A stretch of DNA of 64,000 nucleotides from an uncultured Gammaproteobacteria bacterium (GTDB taxonomy: Bacteria; Patescibacteriota; Microgenomatia; UBA8517). Each line of letters starts with the position of its first letter. Within the stretch, counting starts at the first letter, position 1. The translations under genes were made by a program, and so were the position numbers. Location: contig CAYRUS010000001.1 in the NCBI GenBank assembly GCA_964427735.1, positions 356,747 through 420,746 of the forward strand, read 5' to 3'. Below the pieces are notes generated by a model. The model did no database searches, was not told the origin of the DNA, and saw only the letters and a program-made list of their open reading frames with translations. Below are positions 29,410-37,900 of this stretch, in pieces.

Positions 29410-29452
29410 ACACAAAAGGGAAATCTGCGTTAGCAGATCCTTTTGTGTGTTA
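29410..29452 (+). terminator. hairpin terminator after the zinc-ribbon ORF
   Basis: ACACAAAAGG...ATCTGC gtta GCAGAT CCTTTTGTGT interrupted stem, then a GT-rich tail. Confidence 0.4.
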
Positions 29453-29464
29453 TGAACAATAATT

Positions 29465-30076
29465 ATGACTATTTCTCCATCTCCCAAAAAAGTAATTAAA
29501 GCATTTGGATCTTTACCAACAGATGTCCCACTAGAAGTTTTTCACTCTGATCCTTATAAAGCGTTAATATCTACAGTTATGTCGTCAAGAACAAAAGATG
29601 AAACTACACTCGATGCAGCTAATAAACTTTTCAAGAAAGCACCTGATATTTATAAACTTAGCAAATTAAAAAAGGAAACTATAGAAAAACTAATTTACCC
29701 CGTTGGCTTTTATAAAACCAAAGCAAAAAACCTTCTACTACTTGCAGACAAAATTATCAATGAATATGATGGCATGGTTCCTAATACCAGAGAAGAGTTA
29801 ATGTCGCTTCCTGGAGTAGGCAGAAAAACTGCAAATCTGGTTTTAAACAGAGCGTTTGATAAACCAGCAATTGCAGTAGACACACATGTTCACAGAATAA
29901 GTAACATCATAGGTTGGGCAAAAAGTAAAAGCCCGGAGGAGACCGAAAAACAACTAATGCAAAAACTACCCAAAAAGTATTGGAAAGATATTAATGTTTA
30001 TTTTGTTTCTGTAGGTAGACAGTTTAGGTCAATGAAAAGACTTCTGGAATTTTTAGATGAAAAGGGATTGATATAA
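29465..30076 (+). CDS. HhH-GPD DNA glycosylase (endonuclease III-like, no Fe-S cluster)
   Basis: HhH-GPD motif LPGVGRKTANLVL with catalytic Lys and Asp (AVDTHV). C-terminus lacks the four-Cys Fe-S loop. Confidence 0.75.
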   Translation: MTISPSPKKVIKAFGSLPTDVPLEVFHSDPYKALISTVMSSRTKDETTLDAANKLFKKAPDIYKLSKLKKETIEKLIYPVGFYKTKAKNLLLLADKIINEYDGMVPNTREELMSLPGVGRKTANLVLNRAFDKPAIAVDTHVHRISNIIGWAKSKSPEETEKQLMQKLPKKYWKDINVYFVSVGRQFRSMKRLLEFLDEKGLI

Positions 30077-30077
30077 A

Positions 30078-30974
30078 CTAAATTTTCCCATTCAATAATC
30101 GCTTCTCCAATTCTTTTTGTAATTTTAAACTTGTTATATTATCTGACTCAGCATCCATGTATCCACCAACAATTCTTTGTGCCAAAATAAGTTTAAAACA
30201 ATAATTATCTTCGTCTAAGAATTTGTATACCTGGCGAAATTCGTCTAAAAATTTATCTGCGATATCTGGACGTTTGAGTTTTGTATAAACTCTATGATAA
30301 AAGTAAGCCACGTCATAAAACTTAATTCCTTTTAATCTTGCTCTTTCTCCGTCTATCAGATAAAGACTATTATTCTTTGTAATTATAAAATGCCACGGTA
30401 CAAAATCTGAGTGTATAGGTGCTATTTGTACATGGTTAATATAACTTTCTATGTATTCGATAAGATTAGTGGTGTTGGTTGATGTTTTGGTGCTCCATTC
30501 TTTAACTTTCTCAAGGATTTTTTGTGAGAGTGTAATTTCATTTATATCCTCGTTCCCTTTAGTAAATTCATCGGGTATTGTGTCCATTTTAATTATTTTT
30601 TCAGCAGTTAAAGCTATCTTTCCAAGGTTTGTTATTAATAATTGAACGTCATCTTTATTTTCAACTTTTACTAACTCATGACCTTCTACATACTCACCTA
30701 TGTACCAGAATAATTGATCAAGTTTTCCTGAATTGTAAACTTTGGGTACTTTTACTGGAAAGTCATTGACTTCACTATTAATAAAATTATTCCAACTAAA
30801 TTCGTTTTCAGTTAACGGGCTAACTTCTGGGAAAGCTGCGAGTTTTAAAAAATAAGTTTTACTGTCTATTACTGCTTTTCCTACCAAATGCCTCCATGGC
30901 TGATGTAAGTTTGAAAGGACATAACCTTTTTTGCCAAAATAATTTTCAACATACTGAATATCAAGTTTTTCCAT
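30078..30974 (-). CDS. APH/choline-kinase-family phosphotransferase-like protein (possibly degenerate)
   Basis: Kinase-like catalytic loop HSDFVPWHF (HxDxxxxN with Asn replaced by His) and IDGERA (DxE-like). Confidence 0.45.
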   Translation of the reverse strand: MEKLDIQYVENYFGKKGYVLSNLHQPWRHLVGKAVIDSKTYFLKLAAFPEVSPLTENEFSWNNFINSEVNDFPVKVPKVYNSGKLDQLFWYIGEYVEGHELVKVENKDDVQLLITNLGKIALTAEKIIKMDTIPDEFTKGNEDINEITLSQKILEKVKEWSTKTSTNTTNLIEYIESYINHVQIAPIHSDFVPWHFIITKNNSLYLIDGERARLKGIKFYDVAYFYHRVYTKLKRPDIADKFLDEFRQVYKFLDEDNYCFKLILAQRIVGGYMDAESDNITSLKLQKELEKRLLNGKI

Positions 30975-30982
30975 TGCAATTT

Positions 30983-31057
30983 TTACTCATATGCAGCAAT
31001 TACTACTCCAAAAGTGTTTTGGACGTATATGCACAAAAATAGTTTAACATAAGGAGT
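30983..31057 (-). pseudogene. remnant 3' end (about 25 codons + stop + 8 nt) of a paralogue/orthologue of the CAP-domain gene at 32242-32892
   Basis: 52-nt stretch about 88% identical to 32242-32293. Translates ...PYVKLFLCIYVQNTFGVVIAAYE* versus the intact gene's ...EYVYGCIYAQNTFGVAIAAYE*. In frame with, but separated by a stop from, the gene at 31058. Confidence 0.55.
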
Positions 31058-31660
31058 TTACTTTCTAGCTTGAACTACTTTTGTATATTGATAAAATGCC
31101 TCTATTGAATCTTCATCTTCCCACCATCCTGATTTTTGATGAATCGGAATTTGATCTGGCCTAGTACACCTTATATACCCAGGACTCCACCTCCAACCTG
31201 CTGGCCAATTCTGCTTATCTGTACCTGGTTTACCTTGTCTTACCTGAATTGGTTTACTGCCTTTAAATTTCATTCCCAAGAACCATTCCAGTGCAATATT
31301 TAAGGATGTGTGATGAAATTGATTTGGTATGCCAGGTTTATTATAAAAGGCATATGGATCAAAAGCCTCCCTCCTTGTAATTAAATATTTATCATATGTA
31401 TAAGAATGCTTATTAACTAAAAATTCGGCTTGATCAGGATTAAGAAGAAAGTGCCTTACATATCCAGAAACATAAACTTTCCAAAATACATTTTCATATT
31501 CCATGATTTCCCCGTCTTTAGTTTGGTGCACGATTCTCCAGTTTCCTTCACCATATTCTTTATTCCATCTCATAAATAACTCTTCTTTCCTCTTTCCAAA
31601 ATAGCCAGGTCTCTCTACTGTAACCCAGTCAAGTTTTAATAAATTTTCCTTTTCAACCAT
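31058..31660 (-). CDS. hypothetical Trp-rich protein (about 200 aa; start moved to internal Met)
   Basis: The ORF track extends to 31807, but that extension is AT-rich low-complexity and overlaps the nrdR start. MVEKENLLKL at 31660 leaves a 125-bp divergent promoter region. Confidence 0.4.
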   Translation of the reverse strand: MVEKENLLKLDWVTVERPGYFGKRKEELFMRWNKEYGEGNWRIVHQTKDGEIMEYENVFWKVYVSGYVRHFLLNPDQAEFLVNKHSYTYDKYLITRREAFDPYAFYNKPGIPNQFHHTSLNIALEWFLGMKFKGSKPIQVRQGKPGTDKQNWPAGWRWSPGYIRCTRPDQIPIHQKSGWWEDEDSIEAFYQYTKVVQARK

Positions 31661-31785
31661 ACAAATATTAAATGATATAATAATATATATTGATATGACA
31701 TTATCTATATATAAAACTATGTTCATACTTAATTTGTCAAACTCTACGATATATCTCTTTATGTTTATTATGTCAATAAATTGAT

Positions 31786-32241
31786 ATGGAATGTCCGTAT
31801 TGTTCAAAGCAACAAACTTTTGTAACTAATTCAAGAATTACCAGAAAAAATACTCAAGTTTGGAGAAGGCGTAAATGTGCAGCTTGTAAAAATTTATTTT
31901 CTACTTATGAAATAATAGATCTGTCACATCTTAATGTAATTAAAAAATCTGGTAAAACTGAAAGGTTTTCAAAATATAAACTTTATTCGGGAATCTACGG
32001 AGCAACAATTGGATCAAAAACCCCAAACAGGGAAAAAGTTGTTGAAAGCCTTACGTTAATTGTAGAGAAGAAAATTTTGTTGCTTAATAAAAAAAGAGTT
32101 AGTTCACAAGAAATTGCAGACATAGTACTAAACATTCTTAGAAAAAAAAGTACTGGTACATTTCTTCGTTTTCTGGCTTATACGAAGGATATAAAAACTG
32201 AAGTTCAAATGAGGAAAGAATTAAACAAATATACAAAATAA
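31786..32241 (+). CDS. nrdR: transcriptional repressor NrdR (zinc ribbon + ATP-cone)
   Basis: N-terminal CPYC...x22...CAAC zinc ribbon, then an ATP-cone (VIKKSGKTERFSKYKL). No nrd genes in the window. Confidence 0.85.
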   Translation: MECPYCSKQQTFVTNSRITRKNTQVWRRRKCAACKNLFSTYEIIDLSHLNVIKKSGKTERFSKYKLYSGIYGATIGSKTPNREKVVESLTLIVEKKILLLNKKRVSSQEIADIVLNILRKKSTGTFLRFLAYTKDIKTEVQMRKELNKYTK

Positions 32242-32892
32242 TTACTCATATGCTGCAATTGCTACTCCAAAAGTGTTTTGAGCATAGATGCACCCATATA
32301 CATATTCACCACCCGTCATGAGTTTTTTATGACCTAGTGTGTTCTCCCACAACTGAACTGCTTCTTGAGGAGTTGTTGCTCCTTGAACTAAAAATTCACT
32401 TATAGCGTATTTTTCAAAAATCCATTTTAAGTCAGGTCTTCTTTCAGGCAGATTACTAAAACCTTCGTGACCGTCTAACTTACCCATTTCCAATAGTTCA
32501 TTTAAACGAAGTGAGGCAATTGTACATAATTCTTCTCTTATTGTAAGCTGAGCAACTCCATGTCCGACTCTTGCTATGTTTACCTCTTCCCAAAGCTCTG
32601 GTCCTCCCCAAGGGACAGGAGTACTGCTGATTTTTTTAACAGGTCTTTCATCCACAGTAACAGGTAGCGGTTCTGGAGTTTCTGGTATAGAATCTGAAGT
32701 ACCAACCCGCCTCCCTATCAAACTTAAAATGTTTGAAAATTGTGCCTCTGTCTCAGACTTTCCATCATTCACCCCATTAAAATATCCTGCCATGTATATT
32801 CCTGACATCAATACCAATATTGCAAATACGCCTAATACATATAAAAAACCTTCTAAAAGGCTTTTAGTTATTGGTTTAATTTTATTTTTCAT
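32242..32892 (-). CDS. membrane-anchored CAP/SCP (YkwD-like) domain protein
   Basis: N-terminal TM. C-terminal LWENTLGHKKLMTGGEYVYGCIYA matches the CAP-family W.NS.GHR.N.L......IG.G pattern. Confidence 0.5.
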   Translation of the reverse strand: MKNKIKPITKSLLEGFLYVLGVFAILVLMSGIYMAGYFNGVNDGKSETEAQFSNILSLIGRRVGTSDSIPETPEPLPVTVDERPVKKISSTPVPWGGPELWEEVNIARVGHGVAQLTIREELCTIASLRLNELLEMGKLDGHEGFSNLPERRPDLKWIFEKYAISEFLVQGATTPQEAVQLWENTLGHKKLMTGGEYVYGCIYAQNTFGVAIAAYE

Positions 32893-33326
32893 TGTTCAAT
32901 GATAATCGTCACCGGACCGTCTAAAGATGCTTCAATATTCATATATTCTCCAAAACTTCCTGTTTCCACTTTAATATCCAGACTTTTTAACTTTTCCACA
33001 AAGTAATTATAAAGTACTTTTGCGTTTTTGGGAGATGCTGCTTTAATAAATGATGGTCTGTTCCCAGCATTGGTGTCTGCGTATAACGTAAACTGAGACA
33101 CAACAATAATTGGTAAGTTTTTGTCCTTTATCGAGAAATTCATTTTTCCATCTTTATCAGCAATAATACGAAGTTTAGCAAGCTTTTCTGCAAGCTTATC
33201 AGCAGATTCTTTTGTGTCTTTTTGACTAATTCCTAATAATAGGAATAACCCTTTTTCAATTTGTCCGACAACCTTATCATCCACTCTTACTTTTGTCCTG
33301 TTCACTCTTAGAATAACTGCTTTCAT
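32889..33326 (-). CDS. dtd: D-aminoacyl-tRNA deacylase
   Basis: Full-length match to the DTD pattern, including SQFTLYAD and the C-terminal DGPVTI. Confidence 0.9.
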   Translation of the reverse strand: MKAVILRVNRTKVRVDDKVVGQIEKGLFLLLGISQKDTKESADKLAEKLAKLRIIADKDGKMNFSIKDKNLPIIVVSQFTLYADTNAGNRPSFIKAASPKNAKVLYNYFVEKLKSLDIKVETGSFGEYMNIEASLDGPVTIIIEQ

Positions 33327-33348
33327 TTCTTTGTAATTCTATCAAATT

Positions 33349-34887
33349 TTATAGATATTCGTTATCAACAGGGCGATATTGCAAAGCTTCTGCAATGTGT
33401 TGTGTTTTAATTTCTTCGGATTTATCTAAATCTGCTATTGTTCTTGCTACTTTAACAACCTTAAAGTAGCTTCTTGCAGAAAGATTCATCTTTGAAATAG
33501 CACTTCGCATAATAATTAAGCACTCATCTGATAACTTGCAATATTTTTTAGCTTCTCTGGTGGTCATTTCACTATTTGATATTATTTTTGTATTTTGAAA
33601 ACGTTTTGTTTGGACATCTCTTGCCTTTTGTACTCTTTTTTGTATTATTGCAGATGATTCTGTATTTTTTTCTGGATTCTTTTCTACAAGCTTTTGCGTT
33701 TCGACTGAGGGAACAGAAATGTGGATGTCAATTCTATCCATAATCGGACCAGATATCCTTTTTTGATATCTTGATATTTGCCCGGGCAGGCACTTGCATT
33801 GCCGCTTTTTATCACCAAAGTAGCCGCATGGACAGGGGTTAGCAGCAGCTACTAGCAAAAAACTAGCAGGAAAAGTTACAGAAGCTTTAGCTCTTGAGAT
33901 ACTAACAATATGATCTTCGAGTGGCTGCCTAAGTGCCTCTAGAACATTTCGAGGAAACTCTGGAAACTCATCTAAAAAAAGTACTCCTCTATGAGCAAGT
34001 GAAATTTCACCAGGAGATGGATTAGTACCACCACCAATCAAACCAATTCTACTTGTTGTATGATGCGGGCTTCTAAATGGCCGGCTTGTGATGAGTGACT
34101 CATTTTGGGTAAGGTTTCCTGTTATTGAAAAGATTTTAGTTACCTCTAGAGATTCATCCTCTGTCAAGTCAGGCAAGATACCGGGAAGTGCTCGAGCTAA
34201 CATCGTTTTCCCTGATCCGGGAACTCCTTTAAGAAAGATATTGTGTCCTCCTGCGGCTGCCACTTCCAATGATCTTTTTGCCTGCTCTTGTCCAATCACC
34301 TCTTTGAAGTCAAAGTCGGAGTTCGATGATTTAATAAGCTTTTTGAGTTCTATCTTTTCACTTTTTTCTATTTTTAGTCTACCAGTTAAATGCCTTACCA
34401 AAGCAAGTAGGTTGTCAAAGGCATAAATATCTATACCAGGAACCACAGCAGCTTCTGTTTCATTCACTTTTGGAAGATATACTTTTTTAAAACCTTTTTC
34501 TTTTGCAAGAAACGCAAGGGGCAAAATTCCTTTAGTGTGTCTTAAAGTACCATCTAACGATAATTCACCGAAAAAAAGTGAGTCAGAAGTGTTTACTGAA
34601 ATTTGACCAGAAGCAATTAGGATTCCGAGAGCTATTGGAAGATCATACACAGGGCCTTCTTTGGGCAAATCAGCAGGTGCTAGATTAATAGTTATTCTGC
34701 TGATGGGAAAATCAGCACCGGAATTTTTAATAGCAGACCGGACTCTCTCTTTTGCTTCTTCAACAGCTTTCCCAGGCAAACCTACAATTGTCAAAGAAGG
34801 TAATCCTTCGTTAGGTATATCAACTTCTACTTCAACCGGTATTGCATTCATTCCAACAGTTGCAGCTGAAGTGATTTTGGCAAGCAT
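33349..34887 (-). CDS. YifB/ComM-family Mg-chelatase-like AAA+ ATPase
   Basis: N-terminal Lon-protease-like domain. Walker A GVPGSGKT, Walker B VLFLDEF. Cys-rich insert CPCGYFGD...CKC. Confidence 0.85.
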   Translation of the reverse strand: MLAKITSAATVGMNAIPVEVEVDIPNEGLPSLTIVGLPGKAVEEAKERVRSAIKNSGADFPISRITINLAPADLPKEGPVYDLPIALGILIASGQISVNTSDSLFFGELSLDGTLRHTKGILPLAFLAKEKGFKKVYLPKVNETEAAVVPGIDIYAFDNLLALVRHLTGRLKIEKSEKIELKKLIKSSNSDFDFKEVIGQEQAKRSLEVAAAGGHNIFLKGVPGSGKTMLARALPGILPDLTEDESLEVTKIFSITGNLTQNESLITSRPFRSPHHTTSRIGLIGGGTNPSPGEISLAHRGVLFLDEFPEFPRNVLEALRQPLEDHIVSISRAKASVTFPASFLLVAAANPCPCGYFGDKKRQCKCLPGQISRYQKRISGPIMDRIDIHISVPSVETQKLVEKNPEKNTESSAIIQKRVQKARDVQTKRFQNTKIISNSEMTTREAKKYCKLSDECLIIMRSAISKMNLSARSYFKVVKVARTIADLDKSEEIKTQHIAEALQYRPVDNEYL

Positions 34888-34957
34888 TAATTTAGCTTAC
34901 CACTTTTATAAACTGACTTACTATTATTAAAATTTGTATCTTAAAAGCTGAAAATCT

Positions 34958-35332
34958 TTACCCTAAATATTTTCTAATTTTTTCTACTACTTGTGTTGGA
35001 GTTAAATCAGCTTTAAGCAAATATTCTTTAGCACCTAACTCTAAAGCCCTTTTTGATTCGGTTTCTTGGGACAAATTAGATAAAACAATAACCGGAACAT
35101 TTTTGCCATATGAATCGGCACGTAATTTTGCAAGCATGTCTATTCCTGAAAGTTTAGGCATCATAACATCCAAAATTATTAAATCCGGTTTTTCTTTTAA
35201 AGCTACTTCTAAGCCTTCTTCTCCATCCTCGGCAGATACTACATCAAAATTTTCGCTTTTAAGTTTTGCTGAATACATTTTTATCAGCATAGGATCATCT
35301 TCAACTAAAAGAATTTTATGATTATTACTCAT
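34958..35332 (-). CDS. stand-alone response-regulator receiver (CheY-like)
   Basis: KILLVEDD, DLIILDVMMP, conserved Lys near the C-terminus. Immediately downstream of the kinase. Confidence 0.8.
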   Translation of the reverse strand: MSNNHKILLVEDDPMLIKMYSAKLKSENFDVVSAEDGEEGLEVALKEKPDLIILDVMMPKLSGIDMLAKLRADSYGKNVPVIVLSNLSQETESKRALELGAKEYLLKADLTPTQVVEKIRKYLG

Positions 35333-35366
35333 CGCAGAATTATACTAGCTTAGTAGGAAGTTAGAA

Positions 35367-36965
35367 TCAACTTTCTTTTCTAATTATAGGCAACTCTATC
35401 CAAAACGTACTTCCTTTTCCTAACTCAGATTCCATTCCTACCTTTCCCTTAAACTTATTTATAAGTAGTTTGGTTATATAAAGACCAAGACCTGAACCTA
35501 TAACTTTACCTGCAGATGACTCTGCTCGCTGAAACTTTTGAAACAACTTCTTCTTATCCTGATCAGAAATTCCTGGACCACTATCATTTACCTCAAGTTT
35601 TACCGTAGAGGACGAAGGATTATACAACTTTACTTCAACATAACCCTTATCCGTATATTTAATTGCATTATTTATTAAGTTTGATACAACTTCAAAAATT
35701 CTATCCTCATCCACATATACAGTGTCTGAAAGATTATTAGAAATTTCTAGTTTATAATCTAGTTTCTTATCTTTAGCTACGTATTCATGTTCAGAGAAAA
35801 TTTTCCGTGCAACATCGCTTAACTTAACATTACCCATCTTAAAGACCATTCTACCTTCCTCAATTCTATTCATATTAAGCATATTGTTGACTAGTCTTAT
35901 TAGTCTATCGTTGCTTGATGAAGCATCTGCTAAATACTCTAAAGCCTCGGACGAGACTTTTCCTGCATCACCTTCCAGCACCATAGAGATATATCCTTTA
36001 ATCGCAGTCATCGGTGCTCTAAGCTCATGTGCAGCAACATTTACAAACTCATCCTTTTGGGCATCAAGCTTTTTTAATTTTTCTGTTAAATCTTCTAATT
36101 GTTGACGCTGCTTTATTTCATTTTTTACACTTCTGATTAAGAATATTCCAAAAATTATAGTAACTAATAAAACTAGAGTATCAACTAACGTTTCAGCTAA
36201 ATCCTGCGAGACAAATAATTTTGAAAATAAAATTATCCAAATAATTACCGTTAATGCTTCTGTTGCAAATATTCTTACATCAAATAAATTATGTTTTACG
36301 ATTGCATATGCTGTAAAACAAAGTAAAAATATAGCAGAAAAGTCTCCGAATATTTGATACTTCACACTCTGAAAGAGCACTTGAGAGATTACATTGAAAA
36401 TTAAATTAGCGCTAACAAAAACAAACACTCCTACCAAAAAGTACTGCAACTTGATCTTCATGTCTTTGGAAAGAGACCTATAACTTTTAAGGCTGTAGAC
36501 CACTATTGAAATAGCTACAAAGGCCGCAAACAAATTAAAAAAGATCGCTAAATTTCCAAAAACAATAGCATTGCCCCAATCCAGCCGAACTACATCTTCA
36601 ATAATTAAATCTGTAAAAAGCGACATCAAAAATAAAGCAACTGATAATAGCAAAATCACATATCCAAGTCTTTTTGCAAATTTACCTGCTTTAAGAAAAT
36701 AAACTATAAAAAAATTATAAAATGATGTTAAAAAAAGTGAGACAGAGGCCCAATTTAATCTATATAAAAGCACTGAATTATTTATACTTATAGACTTTGA
36801 TCCTAGGTAAGAAAAATTTGACCACATTAACACAAAAAATGCCATCATAGTAAACCAAAACTTTAATTGCTTCGAATTACCACCATGTATAACCCACCAA
36901 ACCAGTACAAATCCCAGTGCATTTATTGCTAATAGTATGATTTGAGCAAATAATTCAAAGTCCAT
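35367..36965 (-). CDS. sensor histidine kinase with multi-TM N-terminal sensor
   Basis: About 6-7 TM helices. H-box AAHELRAPMTAIKGY. N-box LINNAIKYT. G-boxes DSGPGIS and GSGLGL. Confidence 0.8.
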   Translation of the reverse strand: MDFELFAQIILLAINALGFVLVWWVIHGGNSKQLKFWFTMMAFFVLMWSNFSYLGSKSISINNSVLLYRLNWASVSLFLTSFYNFFIVYFLKAGKFAKRLGYVILLLSVALFLMSLFTDLIIEDVVRLDWGNAIVFGNLAIFFNLFAAFVAISIVVYSLKSYRSLSKDMKIKLQYFLVGVFVFVSANLIFNVISQVLFQSVKYQIFGDFSAIFLLCFTAYAIVKHNLFDVRIFATEALTVIIWIILFSKLFVSQDLAETLVDTLVLLVTIIFGIFLIRSVKNEIKQRQQLEDLTEKLKKLDAQKDEFVNVAAHELRAPMTAIKGYISMVLEGDAGKVSSEALEYLADASSSNDRLIRLVNNMLNMNRIEEGRMVFKMGNVKLSDVARKIFSEHEYVAKDKKLDYKLEISNNLSDTVYVDEDRIFEVVSNLINNAIKYTDKGYVEVKLYNPSSSTVKLEVNDSGPGISDQDKKKLFQKFQRAESSAGKVIGSGLGLYITKLLINKFKGKVGMESELGKGSTFWIELPIIRKES

Positions 36966-36972
36966 GTAAGTT

Positions 36973-37830
36973 TTATTCCATTATCACTTTACCGAGTAAA
37001 AGAGCAAGAGGCCATAAAATATATTCACCATCCACCATGATGTAAGAAATCTTACGTAGCTGAACGCTTGTTAGATTATTAACTTTTATTAAATAAATTA
37101 AGCTGTATATTGGGAAAAATAGTAAAACTATCGAATAGAATGGTAAAATTCTTAACCATATAGCTAACGCGACTATTGTCCCTGAGGCAATATTTACTAT
37201 ATGTAAATAGTAAACGGTTTTATGGAGACCGAATACTACAGGTAAAGTCTTTAGTCCATCTTTTTTATCTCCACTAACGTCTTTAATATCAAAAAAGGCA
37301 GAATTAATTATCCACCTTAAAAATACAAAAAATAAAAAAGTTAACACTAACCACCTAAGTGGAAAAATAGAATAATGCAGAGGAACAATAAATCCTAGCA
37401 TAGTCCAAAAAAATGCAACATATAAATTCTTTAAAGCTACAACCTTTTTCATTAAGTATTTTACTTTTAATGAATAAATTATTCCTCCTGCCACTATAAT
37501 TACTGCCAATAAAGCAGCAAAGTAAGTTGTAGTAAACAGCAGTGATATAAATAAAGTTATATAAATAATCATTGTGAATATTTGGATATTCCTTGTTTCA
37601 GAGAGATAAATAGAACGCTCCAAATTGTCTTTGTTTTCTTCGATTGTCTCTAACAAATGATCGTGATTATATACAATCTGAGAGACTAAGTATGCAATGA
37701 TAAAAATCTGCCATTCCCATTCAACATCAAGAAGTATAGTTACAGACCATACAATGGAGGCTGCCCCTAAAGACAATAAATGACCACCATATACAAACTC
37801 ACTTATCAGTATTCTTACCAGTTTTTTCAT
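36973..37830 (-). CDS. UbiA-superfamily aromatic/glyceryl prenyltransferase-like membrane protein
   Basis: 8-9 TM. Second Asp-rich motif DIKDVSGDKKDGLKTLPV is typical of UbiA/DGGGP-synthase-like enzymes. The first motif is degenerate (NHDHLLE). Confidence 0.5.
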   Translation of the reverse strand: MKKLVRILISEFVYGGHLLSLGAASIVWSVTILLDVEWEWQIFIIAYLVSQIVYNHDHLLETIEENKDNLERSIYLSETRNIQIFTMIIYITLFISLLFTTTYFAALLAVIIVAGGIIYSLKVKYLMKKVVALKNLYVAFFWTMLGFIVPLHYSIFPLRWLVLTFLFFVFLRWIINSAFFDIKDVSGDKKDGLKTLPVVFGLHKTVYYLHIVNIASGTIVALAIWLRILPFYSIVLLFFPIYSLIYLIKVNNLTSVQLRKISYIMVDGEYILWPLALLLGKVIME

Positions 37831-37900
37831 CTACTTTGATAATACAAGCTTCTACTCACTAATCCAACTAAATAAATGATGTTACGGCAAAAAGGAAGAT

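Noticed and set aside
31661-31807. N-terminal 49-codon extension of the Trp-rich gene as given in the ORF track
   Set aside because: The extension is Ile/Asn-rich AT-rich sequence, overlaps the nrdR start by 22 nt, and would remove the only promoter space. The internal Met at 31660 is preferred.
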